From Antechinus flavipes (taxonomy: Eukaryota): a stretch of 64,000 bases of DNA. The notes under the pieces are model-generated. The model searched no databases and was not told the DNA's origin. It saw nothing but the letters and a program-made list of their open reading frames with translations. Positions within the stretch are counted from its first letter, which is position 1, and the number at the start of each line of letters is the position of its first letter. The stretch is taken from positions 330,460,001-330,524,000 of the forward strand of contig NC_067399.1 in assembly GCF_016432865.1 (NCBI RefSeq). The letters run 5' to 3'. The translations under genes were made by a program, and so were the position numbers. Below, one piece after another: positions 1 through 12,463 of this stretch.

Positions 1-91
1 GTGTGTTCCCACATTAGTAACAAACTTAAATAAAAGTGACTTCTTTACATTCTCCATCTTTACAGTAAGTAGTTTTTTGATAACATGGACT

Positions 92-170
92 ATTTTTTTA
101 TTTCGCCAATGCCTAGCACAGTGTCTTGCACTTAGCAGACACTTAAATGCTTATTTTACTGGATTAAATT
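92..170 (+). mobile_element. L2 LINE 3' terminal fragment
   Basis: gcctagcacagtgtcttgcacttagcagacacttaaatgctt resembles the L2 3' tail. Confidence 0.6.
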
Positions 171-1089
171 CTATTCATTGAAGCATATGTGTTTAGGAAA
201 ACCAAACTGGGAATACGATGAGAGTACTAAGGATTTTTAATATCTGATAAGTGAGTTTGAATTTAATATAATGTGTAAACAATAGGGGGCCATAGAGTAG
301 TTTAGTAAAAATGATATTTTAGGAAATTAATATAATATCAGTACATAATATGAATCAGAAAGAACAGAAAATAATGAGGGAGACTAACTCTTTAAGAAAT
401 GTCAAAGGTAAAACAAAATAAAATCAAAGAATAATTGTGTTATTACTAAATTACTTATAACAACAAATAAGAATCTATTTAATTTTGATTATACACAAAG
501 AAAAAGATCTGAAAAATATATACATGGTAGATATGTGTGTATTCGTATATACATACACACATATCAAACTTCTAAAAATCTTGTCCATTTTGAAATCCTT
601 GAAATTTCATATTTAAGTTTCTCAAACACTATTTTCTTCACAACTGTTTTGTGAGAAGCTTTCTCAGATGGGATTTAATTGCGTTAAACAAAGTTTAAGT
701 GCCATGAAGTTTGACTCTGGACTTCTTGTGTTTGTACAGTTTCAAAAGATAAATATAGTAACACCTCATCAATCCAGATAAGTTAAAAACTTTAACTATC
801 TGGAGAACAGCCAAGAGCCTGGGAGTGGCCCAAAAAGTGCCTAAACATCAACATTTGTTTTTAAAACAGCCATTTGCTAAAATTTTTATAGTTCATTCAT
901 AGAAGAGGTCCTTCAATCCCTCACTGAGAAATTTTCTATTCTTATTTCACATACAGTTCTCACTATCTGGCTTATTTAGACTTCCTACTCTCAGGGAATT
1001 AGAAATAGAAAATCAAAAGAGAAATAGGACTACAGAGATTGCAAGAGACACACAGAAACATGTTCTATTGCATACAAATCCAGAGAATA

Positions 1090-1265
1090 TAATAGCATTA
1101 TTTTCTATAGCACCTTTTACATTTATAAAACATTTTATATACATTATCAAATTTGAACTTCTTGAGAACTTTATGAGGTTCTAACATTATTATCCCTACT
1201 TAACATATGAGAAATATTAAGTGATTTGTTCATAGTCTCTGGTAAATAAGTATCAGATCTGAGCA
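1090..1265 (-). mobile_element. MIR SINE fragment
   Basis: Reverse MIR core/tail (tagcacc...acattttatatacattatc...attattatccc...gagaaa...aagtgatttg). Confidence 0.55.
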
Positions 1266-1271
1266 TCTATC

Positions 1272-1715
1272 ATTTGGAGAATGGCTTAACAATTGTAGTA
1301 TATGAATGTAATGGAATACTATTGTTTTGCAAGAAATGATGAGAAATAGCATCAGAGGAACCTGCCAACTTTTTTATGTACTAATGCAGAATAAAGTGAG
1401 CAGAAACCAAAAGAGTAATTTTATTTAAATCAACATTGAAAAAAATTGTAAGACTTAAAAACTCAGATCAACTCAATGATTAACTAAGATTCTGGAGGAC
1501 TGATGATGAAGAGTCTTACCAACCTTCTACAAAGAGGTAATACATAATAAGACAATTTTTTAAAAAAACATGGTCAACATGGGAATTTGTTTTGCCTGAC
1601 TGTACCTATTTGTTACAAGAGGTTTTATTTTATTTTATTTGTTTTCAATAAGAGGAGATAAGGAAAAAAAATGCTTGATAATTGAAAAGCAATAAAAATT
1701 AATTTTTAAAAACAA
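1272..1715 (+). mobile_element. Old marsupial L1 3' end
   Basis: tggagaatggcttaacaattgtagtatatgaatgtaatggaatactattg (ORF2 end) followed by L1 3'UTR-like sequence and an A-rich end. Confidence 0.7.
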
Positions 1716-2042
1716 GACCTGGCATTTGAACCCAAAAGTTTTCCTGAAACCAATTCCAACATCATTTCCCTCACAACAACTGCTTCATAGAAAGCTACCT
1801 AAAGATGGGATTTAATTGTTTTTACAAGGTTATAGATAGCATGCTGTTGATCAGGGAGAAGATACAAAAGTAGATGTGATAATTTTAATAGTACATAATT
1901 AGGCTATTTCATGTGGAGATGAAAAGTACCATACAGTTTAATGGTTTCAGGCATCAATAGCTAAGTTTTAGCACAATTGAATGCTTATAATGAAAACCCT
2001 GAGAACTCAAGCAAAGACAGGGTCTAATGCAAAGATTTACCT

Positions 2043-2200
2043 TTGGTGAAAATGGAGTTGGACTGGAATCAGAGAACCAAGATTCAAATCTCATCTCTGT
2101 CTTTTACTACCTGAGTGACCTTGGCAAGTCATTTCTCTCAGCCTCAGTTTCCTCATTAACAAAATTAGAGGGTTTGAGTAGATTGAAGGTTCTTAACCTT
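2043..2200 (+). mobile_element. MIR-family SINE
   Basis: tRNA-like head and CORE (gtgaccttggcaagtca...gcctcagtttcctcat). Confidence 0.7.
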
Positions 2201-2265
2201 GTAGACCATGAGCCTGAAAGGGGGGAGAACATAGATATCAGGTAGAAAATTTGATTTTCAAACAC

Positions 2266-3850
2266 AAGATTCAAAAGAAGCATAAAAAGATAAACAGGAA
2301 AATGAAATTATAAGGTTAAATTGTTTATATTCCTAAATGTGTAAATGATACTTGTAACTCGTAAGAACTTTATCATTATTAGGGCAAATAGACAGAAGGC
2401 ATAGATGTGAGTTGAATATGAGGGGATGATATTTAAAAAATGAATTAAAAAATGTGTGAGAGAGAAATGCACTGAGAAAGGGAGAGTTACAATGGGGTAA
2501 ATTATCTCACATAAAAGCTTTTACAATGAAAGGAAAGATGAAGGAAGTGATAGGGAATGCTTCAACCTTATTCTCAATAGAATTGGCTCAAAGAGGGAAT
2601 AACAGACAGCATCATTTGGATATATACATCTATCTTACTTTACAGGAAAGTAGGATAGAAAGGAAATAAAAGAAGGGAAGGTGGAACTGATAGAAGGGAA
2701 GGCAGATTAGGGGAGATGATAGAAACAAAATACTTGAGGAGGAATAGGAATAGCTGGAGAGAGAATAGCATAAAGAGAAGGGAAATAGGATGGAGAGAAA
2801 TATAATTAGCAATTATAACTGTGGGAAATTTTCTGAAGTAAGTTTCTGTGATCAAGACCTCATTTCTCAAATATATAGAAGTCAAATTTATAAAAATAAA
2901 AGCCATTCCCTAATTGATAAATAGTCAAAGGATATGAACAGCCAGTTTCCAAATGAAGTAATCAAAGCTATCTGTAGGTATATTAAAAATACTCTAAATT
3001 AGTAATGGATTGAAGAAATGCAAATTAAAACAATTCTACCTCACACCTAATAGATTGGCTAATAGGACAGAAAAGGAAAATATTGAAGAAGATATGGGAA
3101 AATTTAAATACCAATGCTTTGTCAATCTAGTTATGAACTATATTGATGCAACCATTATGTAGAGTGATTTAGAGTTATGCCTTAAAGGCTATAAAACTGT
3201 GCATACCCTTTGATCTAGAAATACTACTACTAGATATCTATCCCAAAAGAGATAAAAAAACAAAAATATTTACAGCAGCTCTTTTCTGGTAGAAAAGAAT
3301 TGGAAATTGGATTCATGCTCACCAATTGGGGGATGACTTAACAAATTATGATATATGATTGTATTAGAATATTATTGTACTATAAGAAATAATAAGCAGG
3401 ATGCTCTCAGTAAAACCTGGAAAGACCTACATGAATTGATGCAAAGTGAAATGAGTAAAACGAGGAAAACATTGTACACAGTAACAGCATATTATAAAAT
3501 GATCAACTGTGAATACTTAGCAATTCTCAGCAGTACAATGATCCAGGACAACTCTGAAGGACTTATGATGAAAAATTCTATCCATCCCTAAAAAAGCTAC
3601 TGAATAGAGATTGAAGCAAACTTAAAAAATTTTTTTTCTTGGTATTTTTGTCTGTTTTCTTTTGCAACATGACTAATATGTAAATATATTTTGCATGACT
3701 ATATATGTATAATTTATACCAAGTTGCTTGCCTTCTCAATGGGGTAGAGAAAAAGGCCAGGAAAGAAAATGGAACTAAAAATTTAAAAACAAATGTTAAA
3801 ATTTGCTTTTACATGAAAAAATAATCTACTAAATAATTTTTAATGAAATA
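2266..3850 (+). mobile_element. L1 derivative with nearly all of ORF2 deleted (HAL1-like)
   Basis: ORF1 end and purine-rich spacer, then ORF2 start (ATG 2790, ...gcaattataactgtg) joined at ~2821 directly to the ORF2 C-terminal region (ggaaatttt...gacctcatttctcaaatatatag), then 3'UTR. Confidence 0.75.
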
Positions 3851-4162
3851 TATATATATTTTTAAAATACCATACTAGGGAAGTAAAAAGGCCTACAGAA
3901 CTGTGAAGATAATTTTTTTTGGTAAGTATTTTCCAATCAGGTCTCCATTTCCTTTCTGGACAATCCCTAATTTCCTCTGGCCCTATATTACAAAGTGCTT
4001 ACCTGTATTCTAATTATTCTTATCTCAATTCCACCAACTCAATACCATTCAAGTAGCCAAATCACAACTACTTCTAGATTGCTTCCCATTTTGGGGGCTT
4101 TAGGAAGGAGCCTTGCTTAGATTTGGGAAGGAGAACATAGGACTGATTGTGAGAGCCAGGCT

Positions 4163-4400
4163 AGGTGATGAAGTACATAGAGAGTTGGCCTGAAGTTAAA
4201 AAGACCTGAATTTAGATGAGACACTTACTAGCTGTATGATCTAGGAAAGTCACTTAATTGCTATCTGCCTTAGTTTCCCCATCTGTAACTGGGGATTATA
4301 ATGGCTCCTACCTGCAAGAGTTGTTAAAAGGTTAAAATGAAATTATATTTGTAAAATTCTTTGTAGATCTTAAAGAATTATATAGATACTAGCTATTACT
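4163..4400 (+). mobile_element. MIR SINE, near full length
   Basis: Head, CORE (gccttagtttccccatctgtaa) and L2-like tail all present. Confidence 0.8.
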
Positions 4401-4795
4401 ATACTATTAGAGTCCACAAAAAAGGTAGGTTACGGGAACTAGCCAGAGATCAGGATGGGGGAAAGTAACATCCTCCTTATAATTTCTGCCAAATTTTGTG
4501 ATAGCCAAGGCTCTTAGTTTTGCTATCTGCTTCTCTACCTGTCAGGCTTTGGTAACACATGGCAGATAAAAGCTGGGCCTACTGAGAACTGGAACTAGTA
4601 AAATTAATTACAGATTGCATTTCAGTTACTTCTTTGATCAAAGTCCAAATAGTTTTTTATTCTCACCCTGGGACGTAGGTAACTAGTATAATTTTGCCCA
4701 TGTAAAGACATTGATTCTCAATGATTAATAAACAATGATGATTTTAAATCAAAATTAGCAATTAATTTACTGTCTAACCCCTGGATCACATTTTT

Positions 4796-5548
4796 TTTTA
4801 AATTTTATTTTATTTAATAATAACTTTGTATTGACAGAATCCATGCCAGGATAATTTTTACACGACATTATCCCTTGCAATCACTTATGTTTCGTTTTTT
4901 TTCCCCTCCCTCCCTCCTCCCCCCCCCCAAGATGGCAAGCAGTCCTATATATGTTAAATATGTTGCAGTATATCCTAGATACAATACATATTTGCAGAAC
5001 CGAACAGTTCTCCCACTGCACAGGGAGAATTGGATTCAGAAGGTAAAAATAACTCGGGAAGAAAATCAAAAATGCAAATAGTTCACATTCATTTCCCAGT
5101 GTTCCTTCTTTGGGTGTAGCTGTTTCTGTCCATCATTTCTCCAATGAAACTCAGTTAAGTCTTTTTGTCAGAGAAATCCACTTCCATCAGAATACATCCT
5201 CATACAATATTGTTGTGGAAGTGTATAATGATCTCCTGGTTCTGCTCATCTCACTTAGCATCAGTCCATGTAGGTCTCTCCAAGCCTCTCTGTATTCATC
5301 CTGCTGGTCATTCCTTACAGAGCAATAATATTCCATAACATTCATATACCACAATTTACCGAGCCATCCTCCAATTGATGGGCATCCATTCAATTTCCAG
5401 TTTCTAGCCACTACAAACAGGGCTGCTACAAACATTTTGGCACATACAGGTCCCCTTCCCTTTTTTAGTATCTCTTTGGGGTATAAGCCCAATAGAAACA
5501 CTGCTAGATCAAAGGGTATGCACAGTTTGATAACTTTTTGGGCATAAT
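4796..5548 (-). mobile_element. Young 5'-truncated L1 with 16-bp TSD
   Basis: Minus-strand ORF ...VFLLGLYPKEILKKGRGPVCAKMFVAALFVVARNWKL... is the L1 ORF2 C-terminus; poly(T) at left; TSD cctggatcacattttt at 4780-4795 and 5549-5564. Confidence 0.95.
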
Positions 5549-6289
5549 CCTGGATCACATTTTTGCTCTTGCATTTGTAATTATCTTCAAGCAGTATTTA
5601 TGAAATGCCCGTCTAAACATGGCGGAAGGTTAAGCTATTTCTAAGTATGTAAAACTTCATGAGCCTCATCTCTGGAAATGGATATAGAATTCTTTCCTCA
5701 TTGTCCCTAACCTTTCTGCTCTGATGGAGGAAGTATCAAGAGTTCTCAAGAAAAAGAAAAAATATATTTTCTGAACTAAATTGTTGAGAGTGTCTAAAGT
5801 AATTACCAAGGGAGGATGATAGACCCTCCCTTAAGTATATTAAAAGATCCATGACTTCATTGTCATATGCACTCATTCTACCAACACAGAAATACTTACA
5901 AAAAGTGTTTTTAAATAAAATATATCTACTGTGTGTGGAATACTAGAGAGAGATACAAAATGAGATAAGTTACAATCCCTGAACTTAAGGAATTTAGAGT
6001 TTAGTAATGGAACTTGTAACTTACATACTTAGTTAAAATATTACATGATAAGCAAGATAGGGGATAGTCAAGTGAATGCTTTTTAAATTTTAGATTTTTA
6101 TTGATATATATTATTTTAATTTTATCTTCATTTCCACCTTCATCCATCTAGCATTTTCTTAAAATGATTAAGGTAAAAAAGAAATTTTGCTAAATTATCT
6201 TGTGCATCTTTTGAGTCTGTTTCATACCTCTGCAAAAGTGTGACAAAAGTAGATTTTCTCATCATTAAATCCTGGTACTGTTGTTGAGA

Positions 6290-6478
6290 AGTGTCTGACT
6301 GTGGGATTTTCTTGGCAAAGAATGGAGTGGTTTATCATGTTGTTTTTCTAGTGGATCCTGTAGTCAGACAATCAGAGCTGATTTATTTGCCCTGAGTCAC
6401 ACAGCCAGGAAGTTTCTGAGGCTATATTTGAATTCAGATCCTCTTGACTCCAGTCCCAGTGCCCTTATCCACCTACCT
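6290..6478 (-). mobile_element. Mar1-type marsupial SINE fragment
   Basis: gggattttcttggcaaag...ggagtggttt...gtcacacagccagg...tttgaattcagatcctcttgactccag. Confidence 0.65.
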
Positions 6479-7108
6479 TGAGTCACCACCTACCTTGATC
6501 CTGGCTCTACTACTTACTTTATGACCTTAGATCTTCATTGCCTTAAAGCTATTTCTTCACCTGAAAAATGAAGAGGTTGGACTAAAATGACCTATGAGGT
6601 TCCTTCTGGCTCTAAATCTCCGAATTGTTTGGGTCTTATAGATTTGTATCAGCTTTTTACATGTCATGGAGCTTTGTGAAGCAAAGGTTTGTTTTCCTCT
6701 TTTAAAAAAAAAGAATTTAGAATTTAAAAGAATTCAAAAGGGAGAACATGTCTAAAGGTAGTGGGAGAGGGATCCAATAAAGAGGAAGATCAATGGGGCT
6801 TTTGAGAGTTAGAAAATGGATTTCAAGCTCTCTAAAATGAGTTGCTATGTCCAAAAATAAAAATCAATCAACAGCTCACTGGTCCTCTGAGAACAGATAC
6901 AGGCAATTGGGTTCATATCAGAAATCGTTCCAACAGAGTAGAACTCGCCAAACCTTTCATTCTGATGGCCATAAGCTTTGAAAATCCAGGCACTGATCAT
7001 AGAAGCATCTGAGAAGGGTATTGATAGACATCTCAAGAAATGTTAAAAGAAATGGAGAGACAGAAAACTATGACATATTTTCCAAATTTAACATGAAATA
7101 CTCAGATA

Positions 7109-7350
7109 GGTGGCTCAGTGTATAGAGTGTCAGGCCTGGAGTCAGGAGAACTCATCTTCATGAGTTCATATTTATCCTCGTTCACTTACTAATTGTGATC
7201 CTGAGCGCTTAACCCAGTTTTCCTGTTTTCTCATCTGTGAAATGAATTGCAGAAGGAAATGTAAAGCTACTTTGCTATCTTTTTCCAAGAAAATTTCACA
7301 GGGGGTCAGAAAGAGTAGGACTCAACTTAAATAACTGAACAACAACAAAA
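7109..7350 (+). mobile_element. Mar1-type marsupial SINE
   Basis: ggtggctcagtgtatagag...gagtcagg head, CORE, RTE-like tail ending aactgaacaacaacaaa. Confidence 0.85.
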
Positions 7351-7399
7351 TGAAATACCAAGAGTGAACCCATTCTAGTAGATTTATCACACTGTAAAA

Positions 7400-7590
7400 A
7401 CCAGCTTCTTAATCTCTGGTTCATGACTCCCCAAGGGGTCTTGTAACTGAATGTTGGAGTTGTGAAATTATGATTTGTTATCAGCAAATGTTTGGTTTGT
7501 ATACCTATTTTATATATCTATATACCTGGGGTCACATAAACATTTCTTGGCTGAAAAGAGATTAGGAATAGAAAAAATTTAAGAACCCTG
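7400..7590. mobile_element. hAT-Charlie-type MITE with 8-bp TSD
   Basis: Imperfect TIRs (ccagcttcttaa / ttaagaaccctg); TSD ctgtaaaa at 7392-7399 and 7591-7598; related copy at 22781-22975. Confidence 0.8.
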
Positions 7591-7644
7591 CTGTAAAAAA
7601 GTATATTTTTCATTTGTGATAAAAACATATATTTTTATATTTGA

Positions 7645-7800
7645 TCAGTCAATTAATCAAAAAGCATTTATTGAATACTGACTTTGTGCCAAGTACAGCG
7701 CGAAGTGCTAGGGATCAAAGAAAAAGCAAAAAATAATTCCTGCCTTCAAGGAATTATAATGAGGAAGATACAAAATATAGAAATCAGAATATACAAGATA
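7645..7800 (-). mobile_element. L2 3' tail
   Basis: tcaattaatcaaaaagcatttattgaatactgactttgtgccaag...cctgccttcaaggaatt. Confidence 0.7.
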
Positions 7801-8030
7801 AATTATAGTGGAAATTTCACATGATGTGGAAAATAAGGAAGATACTTTGCAATCATTGAACTTGCTGACATGCTCATCAAATTTTTGGAAGCCACATAAA
7901 ACTGAGAGAGATGGGTAACATTGTATGATTAAGTCAAGTTTCAAAGAAATGCATGTACAAAATCTAATAAAATGAAATTCTGCAATGATAAATATAAAAC
8001 CTTATACCTAGGCTAAAAAATAACATCACA

Positions 8031-8180
8031 GGGGGAAGCTTGGTGGCGCAGTGGATACTGCACCAGCCCTGAAGTCAGGAGGACCTGAGTTCAAATATGA
8101 CCTCAGACATTTAAGTCCTAGTTGTGTGATCCTGGGCAAGTCACTTAACCCCAGTTGCCTTAGCCAAAAAAAAAAAAAAA
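8031..8180 (+). mobile_element. WSINE1-type short SINE
   Basis: ggggaagcttggtggcgcagtggata...gagttcaaat...gggcaagtcacttaacccc plus A15 tail. Confidence 0.9.
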
Positions 8181-8374
8181 CTCACTTGTGAGATAGTATT
8201 AATTGAGATAAATAGAAATTTAATAGCTAGACACCAATTTGTCTGAAAAAGACCTGGATTTTTAATGGACTGCTATCCCAATATGAGTCAACAATATAAT
8301 GTGGTGGCTAAATAAGCTATTATGATCCTAAAATGGATTAAGATAGACATATCTTATAAGAATAGGCTGTTGAA

Positions 8375-8633
8375 GCCAGGAATTCTGGTACACACCTATA
8401 ATTCCTTTTCCAGGAGAGGCTGAAGCTGGTGGAGTTCTGACCTAGGGATGAGCCCAGCACCATGAAGATAAGTCCTTAGGTCTTGAGAGGTGGAGGGCAA
8501 TATAAGCAGGCTGCTAACGTAGTGACAAACTAACTTCAAAAAAAGAGGTCAACAGTGGGAGTGGACTTACTGGCCCAGAGCTTTCAGTTATAATGAAATT
8601 GGGAGATACAGTCTCTAAAATAGAATAAAATAA
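8375..8633 (+). mobile_element. 7SL (SRP RNA)-derived retroposon
   Basis: 5' gccagg...ggtacacacctataattcc...gaggctgaagctggtgga and 3' gggagatacagtctct plus A-rich tail match the 7SL Alu-domain ends; middle is poorly conserved. Confidence 0.65.
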
Positions 8634-10753
8634 GGAGTTCATAGTCAATCTATACTATGCCCTGGCTAATCCCATCTTGAGTATTTTATTTAACTCTTCA
8701 CACTATAATTTAAGAAAAATATGATTTAAAAGGAGGATGACCAGGCTGACAAGGACTGGAATGTTTAATGTTGATAAGAGAGACCCAGAAGGGAACAAGA
8801 TATATAGTTTCCTTCAAGTATGTGAGGGGCAGATTAGACTTGCTCTATTTGGACCAGGAATAAAGAGTGCAAGTTACAAAGTGGCAAATTTAGACTTCCT
8901 GTCTGGAGGAAAAAAGCAAAACCAAACATTAACAATGTCCTAACAAATAGAACTGTCTAAAAGTAAGGTGTGCTGCCCCAGAAGATAGTGGGTTTTCCCC
9001 CTTCACTGGAAGTCTTCAAGTAGAAAGGACAAATGATGTCTCAGATATGTTATAGTAGAATATACTTTGGGGATATAGATTGGACTTGATGACTGCTTAG
9101 GTTTCTTCCAAATATCAAATTCTATGATTAGATGATTTTAAGATTTTCTGACCTTTGCCTGGTTTCTTTCTAATAATTTCGATACTTTCAATCCTTGTGT
9201 TTTGGATTGGTTTCCATCCATGAGTTTTCTCTTAGTTAAATCAATCTAGAATTAATTCTTGACTTTCTCCCTATCTCCCTCCCAATCCCCATTACACCTT
9301 CTATTTTGTTTTTTTGTTTTTTTTTGTGTATGTCTATGTCTTTATTTCTACCAGTAACATCATAGGTCTAGTTTCTATCCTCTGTGTCTCTAAAAGCCTA
9401 GGAAAGGACACTCAACCAGATGTTTTCTGGTTAGAGCTTCAGAGCTTTGGAATTATTTTTTTTGAGAAAATAATTTGCACCAATCAATCACACAATGTAG
9501 CAACTAACTAAGTTAGAATTTCACAAATGCATCATATTCCAGACACCACCCTAATGTCTAGTTTTTTTTTTTTTTTTTTTTAAGGTAAGGAATGGAGTTG
9601 ATCATTGAGGAAGATTTCAATGTAATCAATCCTCAAAATGCAGGTGTTGAAAACACCTGTTTCCTTCCTTTTACTCCCCCTACCCCCTTCCATTCCTTCA
9701 TCTGTAGGTTAAAATAATTAACTTACCCTTTTGGAAGGAAAACCCATGAGAGTCCAAAAGACTGCTAAAGGCAACATGTCTCCTTTCTCTGTCCTGTCAG
9801 GATTAAGAGATCCAAAATAAAAAGGCTCATGGGTGGTCCTCAAACAGGATAGAAAAAAATCTTTTCTCCCCTTAAAAAAATAAAAAGACAACTCAAGTAA
9901 CAAGGAGTGCATTGTCTCTCTCCTGCAAATCAAATGTCATGCCTGGCTTCAGAATTCTCCTTGTGCTTTGTGAGAGACAAGCCCAGGGTAGCTCAAGAAT
10001 ATGAAAAGCCCAATTTAAGGGATATTTGTGTAAAGAAATAAATCAAGAGGGAAGCAATTTTGCCTGACCTGCCTCTTGTGAGGACCTGGGACAACCAAAC
10101 TCAAAATAGGAGACATTTGGGACTTATCATGAATTTTAAAAGATAATTGAATCATCCTTGAGAATGCAAGTCATTTTTGAAGAGTTTCAAGTGTGCCTTA
10201 AGTAAGATTTGGCCTTTGCGTTTTTTCATTTTTATTTCCAGTATTAGAGTTTATTAAGATTAGAACTGACTATTACCCTAAATAGGTGGGGAAAGCAGAA
10301 GGGACAAAAATTTTATCTTGAAAGTAGCTGGAGGTCTCTCTCCTCATCTCTGGTAAAGTTATAACATTTTGAGAACCTAAGCTAGAACCTCCATTAAAGA
10401 AAGCATGGAATAGCCTGAAATGATGGGAATGGGAAATGCTATTAATATTTCAGGAGTTGGATTTACACAAAAGATTGGGGCGGGGGAAGAGAGAGATCTC
10501 ATTCTGCCCTGTTCTCATATGGATTGTGCATATAAAACAATTTAAAAATTAAAAAAAAAACAAAAAACGAATCCCATATACACAAGCTACCAAATAAGCA
10601 AGTCCTTGGTCTTATACCATCAATTGTTCTTTCTCACTGGACACCATGTTCTTTTACATCTCATTTTTTTCAATCACTGGATAAATATATCAATGTTAAA
10701 GTCAGTATTTCTACACAGATGCATTAAATTGGGAGGATCATAAATAGAAGCTG

Positions 10754-10767
10754 CCAGCAGATGGCAG
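10754..10767 (+). promoter_or_regulatory. CTCF core motif
   Basis: CCAGCAGATGGCAG matches CCASYAGRKGGCRS at 14/14 in non-repetitive sequence; motif only, no binding data. Confidence 0.45.
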
Positions 10768-10949
10768 AATGTGTATCCAGAATCCAAATTGAAAATTATT
10801 TGAAAATTGATGGATGAAAATGGTTTAATGAACTAAGGACATCTTAAAATTTGATTCAAAGTTAATATCTTTCATGTAAATGTTAACAAGAACAATAATT
10901 ATGCTTCTTTTCAAAAGTAAAAATATAATTAACTTATTGATATGGAAAG

Positions 10950-11250
10950 TTTAAATCCTGACTGAATCACTTCCTAGTCACTAGGGAAATCTCAGTTTCC
11001 ATTGGACTTGAAAAATCTGGAAAAGATTGTAGAAGTGTCCTAGTTCAGTTGCCTCATTTCTAGATATGGAAAGTGAGGTCCAGAATGGGTAAATGATTGA
11101 CTCAAGTCTTTGAGCCTTAGTGAACCTTAGTTTTAAGATGGGAATTTTTAAAGTGGAAGTAATAATATCATCTCTGCCTATCTCATGTTGTATGGGAGGA
11201 TCATATAAGTTATTCTACATAAAAGCACTTTGAATATGAATTTCTTACAC
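10950..11250. mobile_element. Degenerate MIR fragments on both strands
   Basis: ctcagtttcc; ctcatttctagatatggaaagtgaggtccaga; taataatatc...tcatgttgtatgggaggatc. Confidence 0.5.
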
Positions 11251-12463
11251 AAAATATTATCAATATTTTACTCCCGAGAAATCTGTCACATAGATACAAC
11301 ATTTAAAAATTCAGATTTTCCTTTTCTTCTTGCAATGTTGTCAGGTTGTTTTTTTTTCCTAAATTAATTTTTAGATTTTTCTAAATTAATATTTAATTAC
11401 TGTTGGTTTGAAATCATCCTCCACTACCCCCTACACACTAATAAATCTATATAGGATTTGACCAGATGCTACATTGGTGGCTAGATTGCATCTTTCTGTG
11501 CCTAGGATGGTCTTCATTAAGTCTTCATTGATTCAGTGCAGGTGTTGAAGTCCTCTCAGCATGGCATTCTGGTTGGTTAAGCAGCATCCTGTTTCCATGC
11601 CCAGGAACTGCTCCCGTCAGGTTAAGCCCCTTTCTGGAAGTAGGAGCAACTCCCACAGCTCAGCAGGATTCAGAGAGCCAATTTAAAAGAGCTATATCCA
11701 GGAGCCCCTTCCCTCTGTCTGCCCACCCATCAAGCTGTTTCCACCCCTTTAGACACCACTTACAATTCAAAAGGCCAACAATTTAAAGGGACTGTAGCCT
11801 TGAGCCTCTAAAGCCTCTTGTCTAACACCTTAATCACCTACCTCAGTCCCTCCTAGGTATTTGAAGAGAAAAGGGGGCACTTATACAAATCAACATGCAT
11901 AGTTCACTTATCTGCCTGTCTTTTTGTTCATTCATTCCTTTACTTGTTTACTTATTCATTTATTTAGCCTGAGTCTACCTGTCTTATCCGGACATTCCCC
12001 CATTGCCTGTCAATGAAGAAGCTTTGACTCGCTTACTTTGGTTACGGGGGGCCATTTTGCCTCTTCCTAGACAGCTTGGTGGGCACAATTCCTTATCCCT
12101 CCTGGAATGAATTGATTGTGGACTTCATCTGAAGATCTTTTTGGACATAATAATGAGGCAATATCTGCCTCACCAAGTCATTATAAGAAAGATACTTTGC
12201 AAATTTTAAAATGTCTTCTTAATATGAGTTACCATCACAGACATATATATATCCTATGTGTCTATATGGGCATGTATTTGGACATGAGAATATTAATAGT
12301 AGTCCCATCTCTGCTACAATTTGTTATATAACCATATTTATTACATGGCAAGGAACCCAAGGCTCTTGGGGACTTGGAATAATGAGATTTTTAAGGTCTT
12401 TGAGATGTACTATTCTTTTTCTATGAATCTTTCAGTCAGCCTCTAAAACCTCAGGGTTCCCTG

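Larger units (their letters stand above)
7850..9130 (+). mobile_element. CR1/L3 LINE 3' fragment interrupted by two younger insertions
   Basis: RT remnants DMLIKF and NKMKF...K.LYLG; gaaaaagacctgg, aatatgagtcaacaatata; CR1 3' end ccttcactggaagtcttcaag. Confidence 0.8.

Noticed and set aside
773-804. 14-bp hairpin tccagata(a)gttaaa-aac-tttaactatctgga
   Set aside because: Short and AT-rich; follows a Tigger-like terminus (tagtaacacctcat), so probably a DNA-transposon remnant
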